Assembly (NCBI GenBank): GCA_964016885.1
Contig: OZ024749.1
Location: 24,986,001 to 25,050,000, forward strand
DNA: 64,000 nt
Direction: 5' to 3'
Source: Eledone cirrhosa
Lineage: Eukaryota
Part shown: piece by piece, positions 1 to 14,409 of the stretch
Numbering within the stretch: the first letter of the stretch is position 1
How the letters are laid out: each line of letters begins with the position of its first letter
The notes under the pieces: model-generated
Seen by the model: the letters and a program-made list of their open reading frames with translations, nothing else
Database searches by the model: none
Told to the model about the DNA's origin: nothing
Translations under genes and position numbers: made by a program

Positions 1-1
1 T

Positions 2-71
<70 letters not shown>

Positions 72-156
72 ATGTATGTGTGCGTATGTATGCATACATG
101 TGTGTGTATGTGTGTATATGTAAGTATGTATGTATGTGTATATGTCTATATGTGTG

Positions 157-208
<52 letters not shown>

Positions 209-220
209 TATATATGTATG

Positions 221-261
<41 letters not shown>

Positions 262-290
262 GTGTGTATATATATGTATATATGTATATA

Positions 291-322
<32 letters not shown>

Positions 323-333
323 GAAAAAAGAAT

Positions 334-589
334 AAGAGATGAAATCGAAAATGCAACTGAAGTCTTATTTTTTTTTAAATATATATATTTATTTGGTTCC
401 TTTACCGGTTTCGCAGTTCTTCTGCTTTTCAAAAGGTGAGTTGAGATCGAGGGTCTGTGGTTTTTCTCACATCCATCTCAACTCACCTTTTGAAAAGCAG
501 AAGAACTGCAAAACCGGTAAAGGAACCAAATAAATATATATATTTAAAAAAAAAATAAAACTTCAGTTGCATTTTCGATTTCATCTCTT
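334..589. mobile_element. Non-coding fold-back cassette (family A) in a (TA)n tract; ~114-bp inverted arms, each carrying an HHR
   Basis: 334-447 is the reverse complement of 475-589, with a ~27-nt spacer. Second copy at ~7586-7842; 3' fragment at ~19381-19517. Confidence 0.85.
399..436 (-). ncRNA. Minimal type I hammerhead ribozyme, U3-A8 core variant (family A)
   Basis: Minus strand: CCUU-UUGAAAA-GCAG aagaa CUGC-GAAAC CG GUA^AAGG. Stem I CCUU/AAGG, palindromic stem III ACCGGU. The plus-arm copy at 486-523 has G12A; copies at 7652-7689(-) and 7739-7776(+) are intact. Confidence 0.75.
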
Positions 590-704
590 TTTATTTATAC
601 TTTCACTCGTGTAGGACACCTCGGTTATTTTTCATTTTGTAAAAAAAACCTAAGTTTCTAATATATATATATATATATATATTATATAAATAGATATATG
701 TATG

Positions 705-763
<59 letters not shown>

Positions 764-814
764 GTGTGTGTGTATGTATATATGTGTGTGCGTGTGTGTG
801 TATATATATATTTG

Positions 815-845
<31 letters not shown>

Positions 846-876
846 GTATGTGTATATATATGTATATATGTGTATG

Positions 877-939
<63 letters not shown>

Positions 940-962
940 ATATGTGTGTATATCTATATATG

Positions 963-1021
<59 letters not shown>

Positions 1022-1174
1022 TTACATATATATGTGTGTACGTGTGTGTGGGTGTATATGTATATATATACATGTGTGTATATATATGTATGTGTGTGTA
1101 TATATGTATATATATGTATTTATATGTATATATATATATATATATATATGTGTATATATGTATGTGTGTATGTA

Positions 1175-1221
<47 letters not shown>

Positions 1222-1299
1222 ATATATATATATATATATGTATATGTATGCATATATTTATATATGTGTGTGTGTATATATATATGTGTATATGTGTAT

Positions 1300-1840
1300 G
1301 TGGGTGTGTCTATGAGTTCGCGCTAGTGTGTGAGTGAGTGCATTTTTTGAATGTGTCTGTTGATTTGGCATACAGTTGAATAGTTTAAGAGAAATTTGAG
1401 GACAATTGTAAGATATGCACTCAATATTTTGAATTTGTCTACAGAATTCTCTAAACCTTTGTCACTTAGTAAAGAATTTAGCTTTTAAAGAATCTCCCTT
1501 TCCCTTAAATCTATCACCATGCCTGACCCCCACTGATTTTATAGACCCTGTTAGCTTAAGAGAAACTTAATAATAAGGATTGGCATGCCATCCTGAACCT
1601 GTTTATAGAATTCTTCTTGCCTTTGTTACTCTAAAAATAAAAATAAACTATAGCTTTGTAGAATTAGCTTTTAAAGAATTCTATCAACCAATGACCTACA
1701 CCCCTACCACTCTCCACCCTCTCCTACCACTCGTAGAGACCTATATACACCATACTTATTTTTTTGATACCCAGATTCCTGATGATTTCTAAAGAATGAA
1801 ACAGTTCTAGTCCTGTAGAATCTCTTCTACATAAAAACTA
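1300..1840 (+). mobile_element. Non-coding PLE-type cassette (family B) ending in an HHR and a (TA)n tail
   Basis: Copies at ~8885-9420 and a diverged copy at ~43330-43860. Inverted partial copies at ~2103-2265 and ~9674-9836. Confidence 0.75.
1773..1823 (+). ncRNA. Type I hammerhead ribozyme (family B)
   Basis: AGAUUC-CUGAUGA-uUUC uaaa GAAu-GAAACAG uucuaguc CUGUA^GAAUCU. Stem I AGAUUC/GAAUCU, stem III ACAG/CUGU, GUA site. Also at 9354-9404(+). Confidence 0.8.
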
Positions 1841-1944
1841 TATATATATACATATATATACATATATATATATACACACATATATATATATATATATACA
1901 TATATATATACATATATGTATATATATATATATGTGTGTATATA

Positions 1945-1982
<38 letters not shown>

Positions 1983-2119
1983 TATAGATGTATATATATA
2001 TATGTATATATATATGTCTGTATATATATATGTGTGTATATATATATATGTATATATATATGAATATATATATGTGTGTATCTATATATATGTATATATA
2101 TATAGTTTTAATATAGAAG

Positions 2120-2170
2120 AGATTCTACAGGACTAGAACTGTTTCATTCTTTAGAAATCATCAGGAATCT
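2120..2170 (-). ncRNA. Type I hammerhead ribozyme (family B, inverted copy)
   Basis: Reverse complement of 1773-1823; also at 9691-9741(-). Confidence 0.8.
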
Positions 2171-2320
2171 GGGTATCAAAAAATAAGTATGGTATATATA
2201 GGTCTCTACAAATGGTAGGAGAGGGTGGGGAGTGGTAGGGGTGAAGGTCATTGGTTGATAGAATTTTTATTTTTATATATATATACATATATATACATAT
2301 ATATATACATATATATATAC

Positions 2321-2387
<67 letters not shown>

Positions 2388-2500
2388 TATACATATATAT
2401 TCATATGTATACATATATATATATACATATATATATATACATATATATATACATATATATATATATACATATATATACATATATATATACATATATATAC

Positions 2501-2531
<31 letters not shown>

Positions 2532-2558
2532 CACATATATATATATACATATATATAC

Positions 2559-2589
<31 letters not shown>

Positions 2590-2600
2590 CATATATATAC

Positions 2601-2681
<81 letters not shown>

Positions 2682-2704
2682 CATATATATATATATACAC
2701 ATAT

Positions 2705-2741
<37 letters not shown>

Positions 2742-2748
<7 letters not shown>

Positions 2749-3560
2749 CATAAAATAAGAAAATTATAAAATTAACTTACTTACTAAAATTTCACTCCCA
2801 ACTAATTAGTTTCTGAAATGGAATAAATATACTTTCCGAAGAAAATATAGAGAATTCGTCGTCAGGTTCAGAAACTAATTAGTTGGGAGTGAAATTTTAG
2901 TAAGTAAGTTAATTTTATAATATTCTTATTTTACGTCTCTCATATTATTGTTCGACAACCCCATGCATTGAACCACAAAGTTACTAAGACAAAACCTATA
3001 TATTTGCTAGCATTGATATGAATCTGTATGTATATATATGTTACTAGATATTAATACTTTATAATTATCTCCAAATTATTTGTCGAGCAATATTGGCCAA
3101 GACTGCTACAATGGTAGCAGGAAGGCCGCTGTCTTATTAACAAACCACTTTCCACTGATTGACCTCGATGTCACGTGATTGATTCTTTTTGAATTTGCCA
3201 CCGACGCAGAGGCAGAGATTTTCTCAATGGCTAGGAATTCAGTCTGCGCTTTGCTATTTTCTATACACTGAATTATTTTTGAATAAGTTTCCAGAGTCCA
3301 CGCTATGCCTGGATAATTAGCTGAGAATAGTCTTCCCTGACGACGAAATGATTCTCAATATTTTCTTCGGAAAGTATATTTATTCCATTTCAGAAACTAA
3401 TTAGTTGGGAGTGAAATATTAGTAAGTAAGTTAATTTTATAATTTTCTTATTTTACGTCTCTCATATTATTGTTCTGCAACCCCATGCATTGAACCACAA
3501 AGTTACTAAGACAAAACCTATATATTTGCTAGCATGATATGCATCTGTATGTATATATAT
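2742..3560. mobile_element. Non-coding cassette (family C): inverted piece 2742-2866 plus ~1.3 direct units of ~523 bp
   Basis: gaaactaattagttggg recurs at 2870 and 3393; the left segment is a reverse complement. Duplicate at ~10320-11160. Confidence 0.8.
3332..3411 (+). ncRNA. Type I hammerhead ribozyme with extended stem II (family C)
   Basis: CUUCC-CUGACGA-cGAAAUG...CAUUUCa-GAAAC UAAUUA GUU^GGGAG, with palindromic stem III ACUAAUUAGU. The paralog at 10909-10988 has a mutated core (CAGACGA). Confidence 0.75.
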
Positions 3561-3582
3561 GTTACTAGATATTAATTCTTTT

Positions 3583-3614
<32 letters not shown>

Positions 3615-3711
3615 TATATATACATTTATATATATATACATATATATATATATATACATATATATACATATATATATATATACATATATATATACATATA
3701 TATTTATATAC

Positions 3712-3771
<60 letters not shown>

Positions 3772-3798
3772 ATATACATATATATATACATGTATATA

Positions 3799-3839
<41 letters not shown>

Positions 3840-3876
3840 ATATGTATGCATGTGTGTCTGTATATAAGTTTATTTG

Positions 3877-3919
<43 letters not shown>

Positions 3920-4046
3920 ATATACATACATACATATACACACATACACACACACACATGTATGTATACATACGCACACATACATACACACACTCACACA
4001 CATATATATATATATATATGCATGTATATATATGTGTGTGTATATG

Positions 4047-4081
<35 letters not shown>

Positions 4082-4166
4082 ATGTATGTGTGCGTATGTA
4101 TACATACATGTGTGTGTATGTGTGTATATGTAAGTATGTATGTATGTGTATATGTCTATATGTGTG

Positions 4167-4212
<46 letters not shown>

Positions 4213-4224
4213 TATATATGTATG

Positions 4225-4268
<44 letters not shown>

Positions 4269-4502
4269 TTAGAAACACACAGATACATGCGGACACACAC
4301 ATATATACATGAATGCATCCGCACCCAACTGCGAGTTAAGGGTGCCAACTTCACCGATGTTGCTCAATGAATGACTGGGACAGACCAATTCAGTTTGAAC
4401 CAGACTGAACCAGTATCAGAGTTAAAAATACATTATGAAGAGAGAAGAAACATTTAGATATAATTAGTAATAAAATGTATCATACCTAAACTGCTCCTAA
4501 AT

Positions 4503-4590
4503 TCCTCGACTACGTAGTTTCGTGGCATAAACAAAAACAATATATCAAAGATATAGAGTCCTTGCGAGGTCTGCCAACTTATCAAGAGGA
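4503..4590 (-). ncRNA. Type I hammerhead ribozyme, U3-A8 core, long stem II insert (family D, unit 1)
   Basis: Minus strand: UCCUC-UUGAUAA-GuUGGCA...UGCCAC-GAAAC UACGUA GUC^GAGGA. Stem I UCCUC/GAGGA, palindromic stem III ACUACGUAGU. Confidence 0.8.
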
Positions 4591-5093
4591 TACCTCATTT
4601 TACTAGTCTCAAGAACGCGTCCACACGACGTGAGAAAGAATCCCAAAAGGCGGAGGGGGAGATAGTCACGCGATATAACGGTCGAGAAACAGAGCTAAGC
4701 CTCTTATAACCACGAAGAAAATACCACGGAGGCGGAGGGGGTATTCATATCGAGGCCGTAGAAGAGGTAGTGAAGAAGGCGAGAAGTACGAGTAATGGAA
4801 GCTTTCCAGTTGTCCCCACACTTCAAAGATTGCTCGACCAGAGGGAGTTATTAATATATTTAGAAACACACAGATACATGCGGACACACACATATATACA
4901 TGAATGCATCCGCACCCAACTGCGAGTTAAGGGTGCCAACTTCACCGATGTTGCTCAATGAATGACTGGGAGAGACCAATTCAGTTTGAACCAGACTGAA
5001 CCAGTATCAGAGTTAAAAATACATTATGAAGAGAGAAGAAACATTTAGATATAATTAGTAATAAAATGTATCATACCTAAACTGCTCCTAAAT

Positions 5094-5181
5094 TCCTCGA
5101 CTACGTAGTTTCGTGGCATAAACAAAAACAATATATCAAAGATATAGAGTCCTTGCGAGGTCTGCCAACTTATCAAGAGGA
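5094..5181 (-). ncRNA. Hammerhead ribozyme (family D, unit 2)
   Basis: Same motif 591 bp downstream. Confidence 0.8.
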
Positions 5182-5684
5182 TACCTCATTTTACTAGTCT
5201 CAAGAACGCGTCCACACGACGTGAGAAAGAATCCCAAAAGGCGGAGGGGGAGATAGTCACGCGATATAACGGTCGAGAAACAGAGCTAAGCCTCTTATAA
5301 CCACGAAGAAAATACCACGGAGGCGGAGGGGGTATTCATATCGAGGCCGTAGAAGAGGTAGTGAAGAAGGCGAGAAGTACGAGTAATGGAAGCTTTCCAG
5401 TTGTCCCCACACTTCAAAGATTGCTCGACCAGAGGGAGTTATTAATATATTTAGAAACACACAGATACATGCGGACACACACATATATACATGAAATCAT
5501 CCGCACCCAACTGCGAGTTAAGGGTGCCAACTTCACCGATGTTGCTCAATGAATGACTGGGACAGACCAATTCAGTTTGAACCAGACTGAACCAGTATCA
5601 GAGTTAAAAATACATTATGAAGAGAGAAGAAACATTTAGATATAATTAGTAATAAAATGTATCATACCTAAACTGCTCCTAAAT

Positions 5685-5772
5685 TCCTCGACTACGTAGT
5701 TTCGTGGCATAAACAAAAACAATATATCAAAGATATAGAGTCCTTGCGAGGTCTGCCAACTTATCAAGAGGA
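5685..5772 (-). ncRNA. Hammerhead ribozyme (family D, unit 3)
   Basis: Same motif in the array. Confidence 0.8.
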
Positions 5773-6275
5773 TACCTCATTTTACTAGTCTCAAGAACGC
5801 GTCCACACGACGTGAGAAAGAATCCCAAAAGGCGGAGGGGGAGATAGTCACGCGATATAACGGTCGAGAAACAGAGCTAAGCCTCTTATAACCACGAAGA
5901 AAATACCACGGAGGCGGAGGGGGTATTCATATCGAGGCCGTAGAAGAGGTAGTGAAGAAGGCGAGAAGTACGAGTAATGGAAGCTTTCCAGTTGTCCCCA
6001 CACTTCAAAGATTGCTCGACCAGAGGGAGTTATTAATATATTTAGAAACACACAGATACATGCGGACACACACATATATACATGAATGCATCCGCACCCA
6101 ACTGCGAGTTAAGGGTGCCAACTTCACCGATGTTGCTCAATGAATGACTGGGACAGACCAATTCAGTTTGAACCAGACTGAACCAGTATCAGAGTTAAAA
6201 ATACATTATGAAGAGAGAAGAAACATTTAGATATAATTAGTAATAAAATGTATCATACCTAAACTGCTCCTAAAT

Positions 6276-6363
6276 TCCTCGACTACGTAGTTTCGTGGCA
6301 TAAACAAAAACAATATATCAAAGATATAGAGTCCTTGCGAGGTCTGCCAACTTATCAAGAGGA
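6276..6363 (-). ncRNA. Hammerhead ribozyme (family D, unit 4)
   Basis: Same motif in the array. Confidence 0.8.
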
Positions 6364-6866
6364 TACCTCATTTTACTAGTCTCAAGAACGCGTCCACACG
6401 ACGTGAGAAAGAATCCCAAAAGGCGGAGGGGGAGATAGTCACGCGATATAACGGTCGAGAAACAGAGCTAAGCCTCTTATAACCACGAAGAAAATACCAC
6501 GGAGGCGGAGGGGGTATTCATATCGAGGCCGTAGAAGAGGTAGTGAAGAAGGCGAGAAGTACGAGTAATGGAAGCTTTCCAGTTGTCCCCACACTTCAAA
6601 GATTGCTCGACCAGAGGGAGTTATTAATATATTTAGAAACACACAGATACATGCGGACACACACATATATACATGAATGCATCCGCACCCAACTGCGAGT
6701 TAAGGGTGCCAACTTCACCGATGTTGCTCAATGAATGACTGGGACAGACCAATTCAGTTTGAACCAGACTGAACCAGTATCAGAGTTAAAAATACATTAT
6801 GAAGAGAGAAGAAACATTTAGATATAATTAGTAATAAAATGTATCATACCTAAACTGCTCCTAAAT

Positions 6867-6954
6867 TCCTCGACTACGTAGTTTCGTGGCATAAACAAAA
6901 ACAATATATCAAAGATATAGAGTCCTTGCGAGGTCTGCCAACTTATCAAGAGGA
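6867..6954 (-). ncRNA. Hammerhead ribozyme (family D, unit 5)
   Basis: Same motif in the array. Confidence 0.8.
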
Positions 6955-7286
6955 TACCTCATTTTACTAGTCTCAAGAACGCGTCCACACGACGTGAGAA
7001 AGAATCCCAAAAGGCGGAGGGGGAGATAGTCACGCGATATAACGGTCGAGAAACAGAGCTAAGCCTCTTATAACCACGAAGAAAATACCACGGAGGCGGA
7101 GGGGGTATTCATATCGAGGCCGTAGAAGAGGTAGTGAAGAAGGCGAGAAGTATGAGTAATGGAAGCTTTCCAGTTGTCCCCACACTTCAAAGATTGCTCG
7201 ACCAGAGGGAGTTATTAATATATTTAGAAACACACAGATACATGCGGACACACACATATATACATGAATGCATCCGCACCCAACTG

Positions 7287-7488
7287 CGTCGTGTGGACGC
7301 GTTCTTGAGACTAGTAAAATGAGGTATCCTCTTGATAAGTTGGCAGACCTCGCAAGGACTCTATATCTTTGATATATTGTTTTTGTTTATGCCACGAAAC
7401 TACGTAGTCGAGGAATTTAGGAGCAGTTTAGGTATGATACATTTTATTACTAATTATATCTAAATGTTTCTTCTCTCTTCATAATGTA
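7287..7488 (+). mobile_element. Inverted partial family D unit capping the array; HHR at 7327-7414(+)
   Basis: Reverse complement of the unit segment tacattatg...ccacacgacg, joined through a CG microhomology at 7287-7288. Confidence 0.9.
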
Positions 7489-7538
7489 TATATATATATA
7501 TGTATATATGTGTGTATATATATGTATATATGTATATA

Positions 7539-7577
<39 letters not shown>

Positions 7578-7957
7578 AAAAGAATAAGAGATGAAATCGA
7601 AAATGCAACTGAAGTCTTATTTTTTTTTTAAATATATATATTTATTTGGTTCCTTTACCGGTTTCGCAGTTCTTCTGCTTTTCAAAAGGTGACTTGAGAT
7701 GGAGGGTCTGTGGTTTTTCTCACATCCATCTCAACTCACCTTTTGAAAAGCAGAAGAACTGCGAAACCGGTAAAGGAACCAAATAAATATATATATTTAA
7801 AAAAAAAATAAGACTTCAGTTGCATTTTCGATTTCATCTCTTTTTATTTATACTTTCACTCGTGTAGGACACCTCGGTTATTTTTCATTTTGTAAAAAAA
7901 CCCTCAGTTTCTAATATATATATATATATATATATTATATAAAGAGATATATGTATG

Positions 7958-8044
<87 letters not shown>

Positions 8045-8067
8045 ATATGTGTGTATATCTGTATATG

Positions 8068-8122
<55 letters not shown>

Positions 8123-8281
8123 TTACATATATATGTGTGTATGTGTGTGTGGGTGTATATGTATGTATATACATGTGTGTATATATATGTATGTGTGTGT
8201 ATATATGTATATATATGTATTTATATGTATATATATATATATATGTGTGTATGTGTATATATGTATGTGTGTATGTATGTC

Positions 8282-8334
<53 letters not shown>

Positions 8335-8338
<4 letters not shown>

Positions 8339-8819
8339 TATGAAGAGAGAAGAAACATTTATATATAATTAGTAATAAAATGTATCATACCTAAACTGTT
8401 CCTAAATTCCTCGACTACGTAGTTTCGTGGCATAAACAAAAACAATATATCAAAGATATAGAGTCCTTGCGAGGTCTGCCGACTTATCAAGAGGATACCT
8501 CATTTTACTAGTCTCAAGAACGCGTCTACACGACGTGAGAAAGAATCCCAAAAGGCGGAGGGGGAGATAGTCACGCGATATAACGGTCGAGAAACAGAGC
8601 TAAGCCTCTTATAACCACGAAGAAAATACCACGGAGGCGGAGGGGGTATTCATATCGAGGCCGTAGAAGAGGTAGTGAAGAAGGCGAGAAGTATGAGTAA
8701 TGGAAGCTTTCCAGTTGTCCCCACACTTCAAAGATTGCTCGACCAGAGGGAGTTATTAATATATTTAAAAACACACAGATACATGCGGACACACACATAT
8801 ATACATGAATGCATCCGCA
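8335..8819 (-). mobile_element. Solo partial family D unit with HHR at 8408-8495(-)
   Basis: Matches the 591-bp unit; absent from the paralogous TA tract at ~1180-1245. Confidence 0.9.
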
Positions 8820-9891
8820 ATGTATTTGTATGCATATATTTATATATGTGTGTGTGTATATATATATGTGTATATGTGTATGTGGGTGTGTTTATGAGTT
8901 CGCGCTAGTGTGTGAGTGAGTGCATTTTTTGAATGTGTCTGTTGATTTGGCATACAGTTGAATAGTTTAAGAGGAATTTGAGGACAATTGTAAGATATGC
9001 ACTCAATATTTTGAATTTGTCTACAGAATTCTCTAAACCTTTGTCACTTAGTAAAGAATTTAGCTTTTAAAGAATCTCCCTTTCCCTTAAATCTATCACC
9101 ATGCCTGACCCCCACTGATTTTATAGACCCTGTTAGCTTAAGAGAAACTTAATAATAAGGATTGGCATGCCATCCTGAACCTGTTTATAGAATTCTTCTT
9201 GCCTTTGTTACTCTAAAAATAAAAATAAACTATAGCCTTGTAGAATTAGCTTTTAATGAATTCTATCAACCAATGACCTACACCCCTACCACTCTCCACC
9301 CTCTCCTACCACTCGTAGAGACCTATATACACCATACTTATTTTTTGATACCCAGATTCCTGATGATTTCTAAAGAATGAAACAGTTCTAGTCCTGTAGA
9401 ATCTCTTCTATATAAAAACTATATATATATACATATATATACATATATATATATATACACACACATATATATATATACATATATATATACATATATGTAT
9501 ATATATATGTGTGTATATATATATGTAAATATATATATATATATATACATATATATAGATGTATATATATATATGTATATATATATGTCTATATATATAT
9601 ATGTGTGTATATATATATATGTATATATATATGAATATATATATGTGTGTATCTATATATATGTATATATATATAGTTTTAATATAGAAGAGATTCTACA
9701 GGACTAGAACTGTTTCATTCTTTAGAAATCATCAGGAATCTGGGTATCAAAAAATAAGTATGGTATATATAGGTCTCTACAAGTGGTAGGAGAGGGTGGG
9801 GAGTGGTAGGGGTGAAGGTCATTGGTTGATAGAATTTTTATTTTTATATATATATACATATATATACATATATATATACATATATATATAC

Positions 9892-9950
<59 letters not shown>

Positions 9951-10067
9951 CACATATATATACATATATATTCATATGTATACATATATATATACATATA
10001 TATATATACATATATATATACATATATATATATACATATATATACATATATATATACATATATATAC

Positions 10068-10098
<31 letters not shown>

Positions 10099-10127
10099 CA
10101 CATATATATATATACATATATATATAC

Positions 10128-10256
<129 letters not shown>

Positions 10257-10279
10257 CGTATATATATATATACACATAT

Positions 10280-10325
<46 letters not shown>

Positions 10326-11154
10326 CATAAAATAAGAAAATTATAAAATTAACTTACTTACTAAAATTTCACTCCCAACTAATTAGTTTCTGAAATGGAA
10401 TAAATATACTTTCCGAAGAAAATATAGAGAATTCGTCGTCAGGTTCAGAAACTAATTAGTTGGGAGTGAAATTTTAGTAAGTAAGTTAATTTTATAATAT
10501 TCTTATTTTACGTCTCTTATATTATTGTTCGACAACCCCATGCATTGAACGACAAAGTTACTAAGACAAAACCTATATATTTGCTAGCATTGATATGCAT
10601 CTGTATGTATATATATGTTACTAGATATTAATACTATATAATTATCTCCAAATTATTTGTCGAGCAATATTGGCCAAGACTGCTACAATGGTAGCAGGAA
10701 GGCCGCTGTCTTATTAACAAACCACTTTCCACTGATTGACCTCGATGTCACGTGATTGATTCTTTTTGAATTTGCCACCGACGCAGAGGCAGAGATTTTC
10801 TCAATGGCTAGGAATTCAGTCTGCGCTTTGCTATTTTCTATCCACTGAATTATTTTTGAATAAGTTTCCAGAGTCCACGCTTTGCCTGGATAATTAGCTG
10901 AGAATAGTCTTCCCAGACGACGAAATGATTCTCAATATTTTCTTCGGAAAGTATATTAATTCCATTTCAGAAACTAATTAGTTGGGAGTGAAATTTTAGT
11001 AAGTAAGTTAATTTTATAATTTTCTTATTTTACGTCTCTCATATTATTGTTCTGCAACCCCATGCATTGAACCACAAAGTTACTAAGACAAAACCTATAT
11101 ATTTGCTAGCATGATATGCATCTGTATGTATATACATGTTACTAGATATTAATT

Positions 11155-11247
<93 letters not shown>

Positions 11248-11314
11248 TACATATATATATACACATAAATATATATATATATACATATATATACATATAT
11301 ATATACATATATAG

Positions 11315-11524
11315 ATAACGAAGGAAATGTGGTAAGGAACCAGGTGGACCATAACGCACCAAAGTACTCAATACTTGAGGTAGTAGAGTGGGTAATAGGA
11401 ACCAGTAAGACCCCGACAGCTGAGCTCAAGCCGTTTCGACGGCTAATTCAGGACCAGAATTAGCCAGAATTAGCCGTCGAAACGGCTTGAGCTCAGCTGT
11501 CGGGGTCTTACTGGTTCCTATTAC
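11315..11524. mobile_element. Short dispersed fold-back element (family E) carrying the 3' half of an HHR
   Basis: Hairpin 11392-11524 with GAAACGGC uugagcuca GCUGUC. Related copies at ~17185-17335, 18715-18885, 19630-19745 and 38685-38835. Confidence 0.7.
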
Positions 11525-11653
11525 ATATATATATATACATATATATATATACATATATATATATACATATATATATATGCATATATATATATATATACAT
11601 ATATATATCTATAAACATATAAATAATGTATAATAAACAATACAATATAATTA

Positions 11654-11721
11654 CCTCATTACCAGAGGTTTCCCGAATAAGACGAATACGAAAAACGTCT
11701 TCATTCGTTCGTCGGGCGAGG
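11654..11721 (-). ncRNA. Degenerate hammerhead at the 3' end of the adjacent PLE
   Basis: Minus strand: CCUCGC-CCGACGA-aCGAAUGAAGACG..CGUCUUAUUCGg-GAAACC ucu GGUA^AUGAGG; U4C core change. Confidence 0.5.
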
Positions 11722-12421
11722 CAATTTAAAACATAGTCAAATATTTAGAAAGTCTCCTCAAGAAATGCAAAACATATATAAATAAAAGTAATGAAAGAGA
11801 TATATAAAAAAAATATAAGGAAATATAGTTAGGGTATGTGTATATGTATGTACATACACTCAAAATGAACATATGTGTGTATGCACAAATGCATGTGTAT
11901 GGTGAAAACCTGTGCGCAAGTACATACACGAGGGCAAGTATATCTGTGCATATGTGATCACAAATACGTATATAATATGAGTTGAAAAAGAAATTGTATG
12001 AAAATATAGTTGACACGCATCCAGATACAGGTATTAAATACACATACGAGTATGAAAGCACGCGTATAAACACACATACACGCGCGGTCACCTATATGCG
12101 GAAGATAAAGAGGGAAGGGAGTGTAATAGTAAAAAGAAGTGTCATTGTCGATATATGTATAAAAATGAAACAATATATGAGAATGAAAAAAAGTTTAAAT
12201 CAAAGAGAAAGTAATCAATTAACACTAGAGAACAGAAAACAAACATAGGTACGCACGTATATACACATATATATATAAAAAAATATTTATACACACAAAT
12301 AGCTACAGACAAAAGCGCATGCATGAGTACATACATACACACGAGGCACGTATATATATATATTTATATATATATATATATATATATCGCCCCGTGTATA
12401 TCTAATCAAACGCACTCACGC

Positions 12422-12490
<69 letters not shown>

Positions 12491-12997
12491 TACATAAACA
12501 CCCATACATACATATACATATATACACATATACATACACATACACATACATTCACCCGCATACACACACTCGTAAAAATAATAATGTAAAAAACATAGAT
12601 ATAAAAGAACATAGATATAAAACACACATACCCACATACCCACACATATATATACGTACGCACGCACACGTACGGAGGCGTTCGTATACATACACAGAAC
12701 GTATACACACATAAGCACACTCAGACACGTAGATACAGACTATAAATCAGCCATATGAATAAATGAGCACAAATATAAAATCGGCTGCGTAACAACAGAA
12801 TATATCTGGAGTGGAAAACGCAAGTGACATTGGGTATCAGGTATTGAAATAAAATGGGGAAGTAAAATGTGGAATGTGAATCGAAAGTATGGGGGAGGGG
12901 TGTTAACTGGTCTAGGTGAAGTAAAGATAAAAATAAAATTAAAAATGAAGTTAAAAATGAAAGTAAATCAGAGAGAGAAGTCTGCAAGGAGGACAAC

Positions 12998-13510
12998 TTA
13001 AGGAAAGTGAAGAATAAGAGTCCATGGAGGATAAGTATCTGAAAGTGAGTTACGTGTATATGAGCTGGAAAGCAAGTGCGATTTCATGTGCGGGCAACTG
13101 GTGAACATTTCTGTTTTTGTATTTAGGCAGGATTTGGGTGATTTAAGGTTCTGTAAAATCCAATATTTTTCACTTATGCAGAGTGTGCATCTTCTTGTTC
13201 CTCTTGCATATTCTTTAGATTGGTTCAAAATTGACAATTCAATTTATATCCGATACCCTGGTCTTTCAAATCCCATATTCTGCTAGCCAGAGCTGAATCT
13301 TTCGTCGGAAAGATGCGACATGTGTGTAATAACGCGTTTTGAATTTGTCTTGTGTCATACCCACATATCGCTCGCTGGTGGTTGGTGGGCTGTTGCTGAT
13401 GGCTGTCACTTTAGCCGGTATATACAATGGTTTTGGTGTTGCATTTATCTTAAAAATGGGCATTCACTTTTGACTACACAGGAGCAATTTTGATGTTCTC
13501 TGGGTGATCT
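12998..13510 (-). pseudogene. Penelope-like element GIY-YIG endonuclease fragment (frameshifted)
   Basis: [28 protein letters not shown] and CTLCISEKYWI...LNTKTEMFTSCPH in three frames; long 3' region extends to ~11640. Confidence 0.85.
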
Positions 13511-13706
13511 CTTATTGACGACACATATATACATATATATAAAGATATATATATATATATACATATATATATACATATATATATATATACATGTATATAT
13601 ACATATATATATATATATACATATATATATGTACTTATATACATATATATATATATACATGTATATATTCATATACATATATATATATACACATATATAT
13701 ATATAC

Positions 13707-13759
<53 letters not shown>

Positions 13760-13815
13760 CATATATATACTTATATATAAATATTTATATATATACATAT
13801 ATATATATATATACG

Positions 13816-13847
<32 letters not shown>

Positions 13848-14217
13848 CATATATATCTATATACATATATACATATATATATATACATAATCATATTATA
13901 AGGTATATATACATAATCATATTATACGGTATATATTTTTGAAGTTCTGGTCAACTTTATATAGTTACCTACCTAGCTATGTGTGATTACACACTTGTAA
14001 AAATTATCTCCTGTGATTATTCATGTTTATTTATATGTTAACCAATTTCTAGTTATTATAAAATGCTCGGACCTACTCGTTAGAATCTTAGAGCTTATTT
14101 TGCGGGTGATAGTGCGCATGTCTTTCTGGCATGACACCCATAATTTTGATTTAGATTAAATTCATTTGATTTATCTTAATATTGGATATAGATATATATA
14201 TACATATATATATATAC

Positions 14218-14260
<43 letters not shown>

Positions 14261-14281
14261 TATATACATATATCTATATAC

Positions 14282-14312
<31 letters not shown>

Positions 14313-14409
14313 CCTATATATATATATATTCATATATATATATATATACATATATATATATTCATATATATATATATATTCATATATATATATATATATT
14401 TTTTTATAC

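Larger units (their letters stand above)
4261..7288 (-). repeat. Tandem array of a 591-bp unit (5 full + partial), one HHR per unit; retrozyme-like (family D)
   Basis: Unit starts at 4261, 4852, 5443, 6034, 6625 and 7216. Only a few substitutions between units; no credible ORF. Confidence 0.95.

Noticed and set aside
4261-7288. CRISPR array or 5S/snRNA/spliced-leader tandem gene cluster
   Set aside because: No variable spacers and a eukaryotic context; I recognised no rRNA, snRNA or tRNA sequence in the unit.
4666-7322. 63-aa and 75-aa ORFs repeated in the 591-bp array
   Set aside because: Short, overlapping on both strands, with no recognisable domain; they recur only because the DNA is repeated.
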